This document shows, in pieces, positions 56,599 to 64,000 of a DNA stretch of 64,000 nt; within the stretch, counting starts at the first letter, position 1, and each line of letters starts with the position of its first letter. The notes beneath the pieces were generated by a model. That model did not search any database, was not told where the DNA came from, and saw only the letters and a list, made by a program, of their open reading frames with translations. The DNA comes from Escherichia phage vB_EcoM_PTE-Eco05. The position numbers were made by a program, and so were the translations under genes. The DNA lies in the sequence record PQ306573.1; one strand, 5' to 3'.

Positions 56599-57908
56599 CA
56601 TTTGATGATTTGACTGAAGGCCAGAAAAACGCCTTCAACGTTGTTATGAACGCTATTAAAGAAAAGAAACATCATGTAACTATTAACGGGCCCGCTGGTA
56701 CAGGTAAAACAACCCTTACTAGATTCATCGTTGAAGCCCTTATTTCTTCTGGAGAATCAGGTATTATTTTAGCAGCCCCTACACATGCTGCTAAAAAGGT
56801 TCTAAGCAAACTTGCAGGTCAAGAAGCATCGACTATTCATAGCATTCTTAAAATCAACCCAACTACATACGAAGAAAACGTATTGTTTGAACAGAAAAAG
56901 GTTCCCGACTTAGCCTTGTGTCGTGTACTGTTATTTGATGAAGCGTCAATGTGCGACCGTCCTCTGTTTAAAATAATGTTAGCTAGTATCCCTAAATGGT
57001 GCACAGTAATTGGAATTGGTGACCGATGCCAGATTCGACCGGTAGACCCAGGCGAATCAACTGCGTATCTAAGTCCTTTCTTCACTCACAAAGACTTCGT
57101 GCAATGCAACCTTACAGATGTTAAACGTAGCAATGCACCAATTATTGATGTTGCGACTGATATTCGTAATGGCAAATGGATTTACGATAAAGTAGTTGAC
57201 GGCCACGGTGTTCATGGATATACAGACCTTAAATCGTATATGACGAACTATTTTAATGTCGTTAAAACTCCTGAAGACCTTTTCGAAAATCGAATGATGG
57301 CATTCACAAATAAGTCAGTGGACAAGTTAAATTCAATTATTCGCCGAAAACTTCTTGAAACAGAAAAACCATTTATTAAAGACGAAGTCATTGTTCTACA
57401 AGAGCCATTTACTAAGACATATAAGCTAGACGGTAAAAATATGACCGAAATGCTTTTCAATAATGGGCAATTCGTTCGTATTAGAGATGCTGTAGAAACG
57501 TCTACATTCGTTAAAGCACGTGGTGTTTCAGGCGAATATATGATACGATACTGGAATCTTACAGTAGAAACATATGGGGATGATGAAGAATACATCCGCG
57601 AAGATATAAAGGTTATTTCTTCTGAAGAAGAGCTTTATAAATTCAATTTGTTTTTGGCTAAGACCGCAGAAACATACAAATTCTGGAATAAAGGTGGTAA
57701 AGCTCCATGGAGCGAATTCTGGGATGCTAAACGTATGTTCACTAAGGTGAAGGCACTACCAGTATCAACCTTCCATAAGGCCCAGGGTATGTCTGTTGAC
57801 ACGGCCTTTGTTTATACACCGTGTATCCATTATGCCGATTCAGAACTAGCTAAACAGCTATTGTATGTCGGCACAACTCGTGGTCGTTTTGACGTCCATT
57901 TTATTTGA
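56595..57908 (+). CDS. dda: SF1 DNA helicase Dda
   Basis: MTFDDLTEGQKNAF...GPAGTGKTT close to T4 Dda. Confidence 0.93.
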   Translation: MTFDDLTEGQKNAFNVVMNAIKEKKHHVTINGPAGTGKTTLTRFIVEALISSGESGIILAAPTHAAKKVLSKLAGQEASTIHSILKINPTTYEENVLFEQKKVPDLALCRVLLFDEASMCDRPLFKIMLASIPKWCTVIGIGDRCQIRPVDPGESTAYLSPFFTHKDFVQCNLTDVKRSNAPIIDVATDIRNGKWIYDKVVDGHGVHGYTDLKSYMTNYFNVVKTPEDLFENRMMAFTNKSVDKLNSIIRRKLLETEKPFIKDEVIVLQEPFTKTYKLDGKNMTEMLFNNGQFVRIRDAVETSTFVKARGVSGEYMIRYWNLTVETYGDDEEYIREDIKVISSEEELYKFNLFLAKTAETYKFWNKGGKAPWSEFWDAKRMFTKVKALPVSTFHKAQGMSVDTAFVYTPCIHYADSELAKQLLYVGTTRGRFDVHFI

Positions 57909-57917
57909 GAGAAAATT

Positions 57918-58595
57918 ATGAGCACTGATGTTATTATAGATTTTGAAACATTCGGCAATACATCAAAAGCGGCTGTTATTGACCTTGCGGTTATTGCATA
58001 TAATTCCGACCCTGAAGTTGTTGAATCATTTGAAGAACTTGTTCAACGAGGTAAGCGAATTAAATTTAATTTAGCTTCTCAAAAAGGGAAGCGAGTTTTC
58101 GCTAAATCCACTATGAAATGGTGGAAAGAACAATCGGCTGAAGCGCGTAAAAACTTGGCTCCGTCTGAAGACGATGTCACTACGCTTGAAGGCATTAAAA
58201 TCTTTTTAGATTATTGTCGAGCTAATAAAGTTGACCAATGGAAATCACAGATGTGGTGCCGTGGTATGAGCTTTGACTTCCCAATCTTGGTCGATTTGAT
58301 TCGTGACCTCTATCGTGATGAAGGTGTTCTTGAACCAGAGATTGATACTGATAAATTAGAACCGGTTAAATTCTGGGCTCAACGCGATATTCGTACGGCA
58401 ATCGAAGCTTACTCGTTGACACGAGGATTAAGTATGTGTCCATTACCAATGGGTACGCTAAAAGGATTCGTTGCCCATGATAGTATTCACGATTGTGCTA
58501 AAGATATTTTGATGTTAAAATATGCTCAGCGTTATGCGCTTGGCCTTGAAGATGTCCCTGAGAATCCTGACCCGTTAAGTGTAAAACAGCGATAA
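57918..58595 (+). CDS. dexA: exonuclease A (DEDD 3'-5' exonuclease)
   Basis: IIDFETFG...WCRGMSFDFPILVDLIRD...GFVAHDSIHDCAKD close to T4 DexA. Confidence 0.93.
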   Translation: MSTDVIIDFETFGNTSKAAVIDLAVIAYNSDPEVVESFEELVQRGKRIKFNLASQKGKRVFAKSTMKWWKEQSAEARKNLAPSEDDVTTLEGIKIFLDYCRANKVDQWKSQMWCRGMSFDFPILVDLIRDLYRDEGVLEPEIDTDKLEPVKFWAQRDIRTAIEAYSLTRGLSMCPLPMGTLKGFVAHDSIHDCAKDILMLKYAQRYALGLEDVPENPDPLSVKQR

Positions 58596-58660
58596 AATCA
58601 GTTTACAACCAAGGATGGTTGGAGTATAATGAATTCAACTTAAACAAAGAGAGAAAAAAT

Positions 58661-59125
58661 ATGATTAATATTGGTGAAATTAAACGTGTATCGACAGCGT
58701 CTCGTTCTAAAGCTGCAGGAAAGCTGGTTGAAGTAGTAGGACTTCGTACTAATGGCATGGGCCGTATTAAAGAAGTTAAAGTTCGAATCATTCCTAGTTC
58801 TGGAAAAACTGAAACTCAGTTCGCCTATGTAAGTCCTAAATTCTTTGAAACTCGTGTAAGTGCCCACTTTGCTTCAAGCGATATCGTTGAGCCTACTACA
58901 CAGTTCAAATGGGCCCTTTGCAAAGGCGTTGAATTTATAACCGATAAAGAATTTGATTACATCGACGAATACGGCTATCCAAGCACAACTGATACCATGT
59001 GTGGCTTCATTAGTGACCAATGGGTTGAAGATGGTGAAAAGTTATACAATATCGTATTCTTAGGTGACTTCCGAGTTGTTAAAGAATCTGAAATCACTCG
59101 CTATGTGTCTCCTCGTAAAGCTTAA
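58661..59125 (+). CDS. hypothetical protein, tandem paralogue A
   Basis: shares VASRSK(A/V)AGKLVEV and GFISDQWVEDG(E/V)KLYNIVF with the next ORF. Confidence 0.55.
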   Translation: MINIGEIKRVSTASRSKAAGKLVEVVGLRTNGMGRIKEVKVRIIPSSGKTETQFAYVSPKFFETRVSAHFASSDIVEPTTQFKWALCKGVEFITDKEFDYIDEYGYPSTTDTMCGFISDQWVEDGEKLYNIVFLGDFRVVKESEITRYVSPRKA

Positions 59126-59134
59126 GGAATTATT

Positions 59135-59554
59135 ATGAATATTGTAAATCTCTCTACAGGTAATTACGTATATGTATCTGTTGCTTCTCGCTCTAAAGTT
59201 GCCGGGAAGTTGGTTGAAGTTCTTTCTGTGAGTGATCCGGTTTTTGGACGTAACGAAGTTAAAGTTCGTGATGCTAATGGTAATATTGGCTACGTCTCAA
59301 GCCAGTTCATTGAGCCAGAAGAACGTGCGTTCAAATGGAAACTGTGCAGGTCTGTTTTAGTTGTAAAAGACCATGAATTTACTATTGCTGCTGCAACTGA
59401 CGGGTCTCCATGGACAACGAATCAAGTTGCTGGTTTTATTTCGGACCAATGGGTAGAAGATGGTGTTAAGCTTTATAACATCGTTTTCGCTGGACAGTTC
59501 ATGGTAGTTCCTGAGTTCCAAATCAAAAAATATTGTCCAGCATCTTTTGCATAA
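59135..59554 (+). CDS. hypothetical protein, tandem paralogue B
   Basis: see paralogue A. Confidence 0.55.
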   Translation: MNIVNLSTGNYVYVSVASRSKVAGKLVEVLSVSDPVFGRNEVKVRDANGNIGYVSSQFIEPEERAFKWKLCRSVLVVKDHEFTIAAATDGSPWTTNQVAGFISDQWVEDGVKLYNIVFAGQFMVVPEFQIKKYCPASFA

Positions 59555-59613
59555 AGTTGTTTACTTCTCCTCCGGTTTTGATATTATAACCATATCAACC
59601 AGAGGAGAATAAT

Positions 59614-60081
59614 ATGTTAGTTTACCGCGTAGAACGTAGTTTTTGTACTCAACGTGAATCATTACCAGGAATTGCTATCGAAGATGGTAAAGCCGTCAGA
59701 ATTTGGGAAACCTCTTGGAATAAAGAACCTCGTTCGCCATACGGTTGGTCGGGCACCGACAACTCTGAAGAAACATGGGAGTTCCTTGATAAGCATGGAA
59801 TACTCTCAGGTAACTTCTACCATCACGGCGACAACTATAATGTCCCTAATCGTCCTACAGTAAATGAAGACAAACTCCTTGAACAAAATATCTTAAGATA
59901 CTATAGAATTGAGCACACATTTGAATTGAGTGAAGATTGGGCTCAAGGGTTCTATTTTGGATTTGAAAGTGTTGACGCGGTTTATGCATGGTTTGATGAC
60001 CAGGTGGATGTTGAACTCTTGAAAGCTAAAGGATACTACATCGCGGTCTATGAAGCACCTGATTTCATCCTCGGAAGTTGA
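59614..60081 (+). CDS. hypothetical protein
   Basis: 155-aa ORF; early promoter/hairpin at 59558-59609. Confidence 0.5.
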   Translation: MLVYRVERSFCTQRESLPGIAIEDGKAVRIWETSWNKEPRSPYGWSGTDNSEETWEFLDKHGILSGNFYHHGDNYNVPNRPTVNEDKLLEQNILRYYRIEHTFELSEDWAQGFYFGFESVDAVYAWFDDQVDVELLKAKGYYIAVYEAPDFILGS

Positions 60082-60195
60082 CAATTAATGTTTAGACGTT
60101 CATTGGCAGAACAAGTTGATTTTATTTTGCTAAAATGATGTACAACAACTATGGTCTATGATACTATAGACCTATCAAAACAAGAGGAGAATATT

Positions 60196-60423
60196 ATGAA
60201 ACGTCAAATCATTAAAAACGTAACTACTGATTCAAACATCGATGAGTTTGAAGATGTTCTGTTTAATCCTGATTTAGTTGTTGTACAGAAAAACTGGACT
60301 GAATTTTTATGCTACACTGAAGTGGTTTACGTTTACGAAAAACTCGGCGATGAAATGCCTATCTATGGTATCTTCCGTGAAATCACTGAAAACGGTACAA
60401 CTTATTGGAAGGAAACTTACTAA
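60196..60423 (+). CDS. hypothetical protein
   Basis: ATG 60196 after AGGAG. Confidence 0.5.
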   Translation: MKRQIIKNVTTDSNIDEFEDVLFNPDLVVVQKNWTEFLCYTEVVYVYEKLGDEMPIYGIFREITENGTTYWKETY

Positions 60424-60833
60424 TGGCTAATAAATTCCGCGTTAACTCATGGTACCAATTTAAAGATAAACGTGCCCAAGAAGAGTTTATTAAAGACCAC
60501 ACTGATAATGGGATTTATGCACGACGTCTTGGCATGGAACCATTTAAAGTATTAGATGTTGACCATCTTGGTCGTCCTACTAAAATTGTGACATCTACTG
60601 GCATGGTTGGATACGCAACAGGCGGTGATATCCTTGATGAAAACTTTATCTGGCTCTCCACGAATGAAGCAGAGTTCTTTGACGAAGTTGGAAATCCATA
60701 TCAAGAGTCTGAAGAGCAAGATTCTAGTGAACTTGACGAATTGTCTGAATTTCCGGTGATGACGATTACTATCGAAAATAACGTCCAGGCATGGTCTTTG
60801 TATCAAATGTTGAAAGCACATTTTAAGGAATAA
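60423..60833 (+). CDS. hypothetical acidic protein
   Basis: TAATG overlap; 136 aa. Confidence 0.5.
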   Translation: MANKFRVNSWYQFKDKRAQEEFIKDHTDNGIYARRLGMEPFKVLDVDHLGRPTKIVTSTGMVGYATGGDILDENFIWLSTNEAEFFDEVGNPYQESEEQDSSELDELSEFPVMTITIENNVQAWSLYQMLKAHFKE

Positions 60834-60836
60834 TAA

Positions 60837-61016
60837 TGCCGTTATACGACTATAAATGTCAATCTGAAGATTGTGGCCATGAATATGAAAAAATTAAAAG
60901 GATTTCTGAACGAGAAAACGATGTTTGCCCTGAATGTCATCGTCTGTCTACTCGTCGGGTTTCTGCTCCTAAACATGTGAACGGTGGTTTTTACGACTTA
61001 CTTAAGAAGGGTTAAT
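60837..61016 (+). CDS. small zinc-ribbon protein (59 aa)
   Basis: CQSEDC...CPEC four-Cys ribbon. Confidence 0.4.
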
Positions 61017-61017
61017 T

Positions 61018-61443
61018 ATGGCTTTTAAAGGTTTTGAAGTTGGTAAGAAATATCGTATTATCAAAGGTCAAGAAGATAATTTCTTGAGAATTCTTAATAC
61101 GACTGGTAAACGTCTTAATACTAATCTGCATACTACTTTATTGTCCAAAGATTTTATTGTGGAAGAGATGATTGGTTACGGTGTTTCGGTTATTGCTGTA
61201 GAAGCCGTAGGCGATTATGGCCGAACTATTCATAGTATGCAAGGTGATATTCTGCTTTATGGTGCAGAATTTAAATTCTTTGAAGAAGTTCAGGAACCAG
61301 ATACAGCTGTCGATTTCAAAAAAGGCTCTATAGAATTTGTTGATGGTTCGGTGATCGTATCAGGCGATGTGGTCATTACAGTTAAAAGTGAACAAGGGCG
61401 TTTGGCTGCAATTGATGCACTTCAGAAAATTAAATTTAAATAA
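61018..61443 (+). CDS. hypothetical protein
   Basis: 141-aa ORF. Confidence 0.5.
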   Translation: MAFKGFEVGKKYRIIKGQEDNFLRILNTTGKRLNTNLHTTLLSKDFIVEEMIGYGVSVIAVEAVGDYGRTIHSMQGDILLYGAEFKFFEEVQEPDTAVDFKKGSIEFVDGSVIVSGDVVITVKSEQGRLAAIDALQKIKFK

Positions 61444-61460
61444 GGGCTTCGGCCCTTTTT
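61443..61460 (+). terminator. rho-independent terminator (UUCG tetraloop)
   Basis: AGGGC-TTCG-GCCCT-TTTT. Confidence 0.6.
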
Positions 61461-61484
61461 GCTTTAGATTTCGGATGATAGAAT
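61457..61484 (+). promoter_or_regulatory. MotA-box middle promoter
   Basis: TTTTGCTTTA, 12 nt, TAGAAT. Confidence 0.5.
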
Positions 61485-61506
61485 ACCTTCATAACGAGGA
61501 GACAAC

Positions 61507-63324
61507 ATGATTAAAAATGAAATTAAGGTATTGTCAGATGTAGAACATATTAAGAAACGTAGTGGTATGTATATTGGTTCTTCTGCTAAAGAAGCACATG
61601 AGCGTTTTTTGTTTGGTAAATATCAACAAGTTGAATATGTTCCTGGTCTGGTTAAATTAATCGATGAGATTATTGACAACTCGGTTGATGAAGCTATTCG
61701 TACATCATTTAAGTTTGCAAATAAAATTGATGTGCAAATTAAAAATAATCAAGTTTCGGTGGAAGATAACGGACGTGGTATTCCTCAAGGTTTAGTTACC
61801 GACCAAACAGGTGAACAAATTCCTGGGCCTGTAGCAGCCTGGACTATTCCAAAGGCTGGTGGTAACTTTGGTGATGATTCTGAACGCAAGACTGGTGGTA
61901 TGAACGGCGTCGGGAGTAGTTTAACTAATATCTTCTCTACGTTGTTTACAGGCATCACGTCAGATGGCGAAAATGAAATCACTGTTAACTGTTCAAACGG
62001 AATGGAAAACAAATCATGGTCTTCTAAGAAATCTAAAGGTAAAGGCACTAAAGTAATCTTCACTCCTGATTTCACTTCATTTGAAGAGCATAATTTATCT
62101 CAAATTTATTTAGATATTACTTTAGACCGACTTCAAACATTGGCAGTCGTTTATCCTGATATCAAGTTCACATTTAATGGTAAAAAGGTTGATGGTAATT
62201 TTAAACGATTTGCTAAACAATTTGGTGAAGATAACATCATTCAAGAAAATGATAAAGTCTCTATAGCATTCACAACATCACCCGATGGCTTCCGTCATTT
62301 AACTTATGTGAATAACATCCATACTAAAAATGGTGGTCATCATGTTGAATGTGTAATGGATGATATCTGCGAACATCTTTTACCGGGTATTAAAAAGAAA
62401 TATAAGGGTATTGAAGTCACTAAAGCTCGTGTTAAAGAATGCCTCACAATGTTGATGTTTATTAGAGACATGAGCAACATGCGTTTTGATTCTCAGACTA
62501 AAGAACGTTTAACGTCAACGTATGGTGATATTCGTAATCATATCCAATTAGATGCTAAAAAAATTGCTCAGGCACTTCTTAAAAACGAAGCCTTGATTAT
62601 GCCTATTGTTGAAGCAGCATTAGCTCGTAAATTGGCAGCAGAAAAGGCTGCAGAAACTAAAGCAGCTAAAAAGGCAACTAAAGCTAAGGTTCATAAGCAT
62701 ATTAAAGCTAACCAATGTGGTAAAGATGCAGATACGACATTGTTCTTAACAGAAGGTGATTCTGCAATTGGTTATCTCATTGATGTTCGTGACCGTGAAC
62801 TACACGGTGGATTCCCATTACGTGGTAAGGTGATGAATAGCTGGGGTATGTCATATGCTGATATGATGAAGAACAAAGAGCTCTTCGATATCTGTGCTAT
62901 CACAGGTCTTATTCTTGGTGAAAAGGCAGAGAATACGAACTATCGTAATATTGCAATTATGACCGATGCCGATCACGACGGTCTTGGAAGTATTTATCCT
63001 GCTTTGCTTGCTTTCTTTAGTAATTGGCCCGAATTGTTTGAACAAGGACGTATTCGCTTTGTTAAAACACCTGTAATTATTGCACAAATTGGCAAAACTC
63101 AAAAATGGTTTTATACTGTAGCTGAGTATGAAGAAGTTAAAGATACACTGCCTAAGCATAGTATTCGATACATCAAGGGATTAGGCTCCCTTGAAAAGTC
63201 AGAGTATCGTGAAATGATTCAGAACCCTGTGTACGACGTAGTTAAACTTCCTGAAAATTGGAAAGAACTCTTTGAAATGTTGTTGGGTGATGATTCAGAA
63301 CTTCGTAAAGAATGGATGTCCTAA
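61507..63324 (+). CDS. 39: DNA topoisomerase II large (ATPase) subunit, uninterrupted
   Basis: 605 aa colinear with T4 gp39 plus gp60 region. Confidence 0.93.
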   Translation: MIKNEIKVLSDVEHIKKRSGMYIGSSAKEAHERFLFGKYQQVEYVPGLVKLIDEIIDNSVDEAIRTSFKFANKIDVQIKNNQVSVEDNGRGIPQGLVTDQTGEQIPGPVAAWTIPKAGGNFGDDSERKTGGMNGVGSSLTNIFSTLFTGITSDGENEITVNCSNGMENKSWSSKKSKGKGTKVIFTPDFTSFEEHNLSQIYLDITLDRLQTLAVVYPDIKFTFNGKKVDGNFKRFAKQFGEDNIIQENDKVSIAFTTSPDGFRHLTYVNNIHTKNGGHHVECVMDDICEHLLPGIKKKYKGIEVTKARVKECLTMLMFIRDMSNMRFDSQTKERLTSTYGDIRNHIQLDAKKIAQALLKNEALIMPIVEAALARKLAAEKAAETKAAKKATKAKVHKHIKANQCGKDADTTLFLTEGDSAIGYLIDVRDRELHGGFPLRGKVMNSWGMSYADMMKNKELFDICAITGLILGEKAENTNYRNIAIMTDADHDGLGSIYPALLAFFSNWPELFEQGRIRFVKTPVIIAQIGKTQKWFYTVAEYEEVKDTLPKHSIRYIKGLGSLEKSEYREMIQNPVYDVVKLPENWKELFEMLLGDDSELRKEWMS

Positions 63325-63345
63325 GCTCCTTCGGGAGCTTCATTT
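63323..63345 (+). terminator. rho-independent terminator (UUCG tetraloop)
   Basis: AAGCTCC-TTCG-GGAGCTT then T-rich. Confidence 0.55.
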
Positions 63346-63366
63346 TAATTTTAATAAGGCTTAATT

Positions 63367-64000
63367 ATGAAAGTTATGTTTATCCCATCTCGCGCAGTCC
63401 CATTTAACCCAGAACGTGTACAAGGTGGTCTTGAAGCAGTACATTTAAATGTGTTGAAATATTTAGTTTCTATCGGTGCCGATATTGATTATATTGGTTT
63501 TGATAATGACACGTTTGGTGACTGGAAAGTTAATCATCATCCTGTTGGTCATCTGACTAAATTCAGTCTAGGTATGAGTTATACTATGGCTCGTAAGATT
63601 GTTGAACTAGCCGGCATTAATGAGTACGATTTCGTTGTTACAATGGAACCGACCAAACTAACCGTTCAGGCAATTAAAGACGCAGGTCTCTCTAAAGTTC
63701 ATAAGAATTTTATGGCAACACCATTTGAACCAGTATCTCGTGGCATTGTTCAAATTTGGGACCAGACTATTCAAATTCGTAAGAACGGTGGTAAGAGTTA
63801 TGCTCCTACTAAAGCCTTCCGTGAATTTGAACGCAAATATTGTTATATGACTTCAGGTCTGACTGACAAAATTGATTATGATTATTGGCGAGCAAATCCG
63901 TTGTTTGAAACCGAAGATTATCCGGTTATTTGTTTGAATGAGAAACCTGAAGTTCTTCCGGCGACTGATCTGATTATTAGTGCACAACGTTATGACACTA
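63367..64000 (+). CDS. 3'-truncated ORF, possibly glycosyltransferase-like (tentative)
   Basis: open frame to window end; N-terminus MKVMFIPSRAVPFNPERVQGGLEAVHLNVLKYL loosely resembles GT-B N-terminal domain; not rIIA-like. Confidence 0.4.
   Translation, partial: MKVMFIPSRAVPFNPERVQGGLEAVHLNVLKYLVSIGADIDYIGFDNDTFGDWKVNHHPVGHLTKFSLGMSYTMARKIVELAGINEYDFVVTMEPTKLTVQAIKDAGLSKVHKNFMATPFEPVSRGIVQIWDQTIQIRKNGGKSYAPTKAFREFERKYCYMTSGLTDKIDYDYWRANPLFETEDYPVICLNEKPEVLPATDLIISAQRYDT

Noticed and set aside
1-64000. CRISPR array, tRNA genes, integrase or transposase
   Set aside because: The recurring ~50-60 bp elements are promoter/5'UTR modules each upstream of a different gene, not direct repeats with spacers. 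No cloverleaf-like tRNA sequence or recombinase ORF was recognised.

Overview
This window reads as the early/middle (replication, recombination, nucleotide-metabolism) region of a T4-like myovirus (Tevenvirinae), with nearly all genes on the + strand and tightly packed, often with ATGA/TAATG start-stop overlaps. Gene identities were assigned by comparing the supplied translations with T4 protein sequences and motifs recalled from memory; no search was run. Recognised T4 orthologues in order: nudE, e (lysozyme), denV, CTS-bearing internal proteins, regB, tk, nrdC, 49, nrdD (intronless), a free-standing GIY-YIG endonuclease, nrdG, nrdH-like, 55, 47, 46, 45, 44, 62, regA, 43, uvsX, 41, 61, 56, soc, a ModA/ModB-like ADP-ribosyltransferase pair, dda, dexA and a fused 605-aa gene 39. 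T4-style signals are abundant: GTTTAC early promoters, MotA-box middle promoters, TATAAATA late promoters, UUCG-tetraloop terminators and RBS-sequestering hairpins. The main candidate for an undescribed system is the block between gene 43 and uvsX (37.3-43.9 kb), which sits where T4 has imm/42/beta-gt and instead encodes a SIS-domain arabinose-5-phosphate isomerase, a fused NDP-sugar pyrophosphorylase/sugar kinase, a HAD-like phosphatase, a Cys-rich 389-aa protein, a divergent thymidylate-synthase-fold hydroxymethylase, a 299-aa orphan and a P-loop kinase. No alpha-gt is present between 55 and 47. I read this as a phage-encoded pentose-nucleotide pathway for DNA hypermodification (arabinosyl-hmC-like), but that is inference. 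Other notable items: a GrcA-like glycyl-radical protein with host-like codons and a CTS-like N-terminus, a macro-domain protein, and a Pol-beta-type nucleotidyltransferase plus AAA ATPase in the tk-nrdC accessory stretch. No tRNA, CRISPR or integrase was seen.
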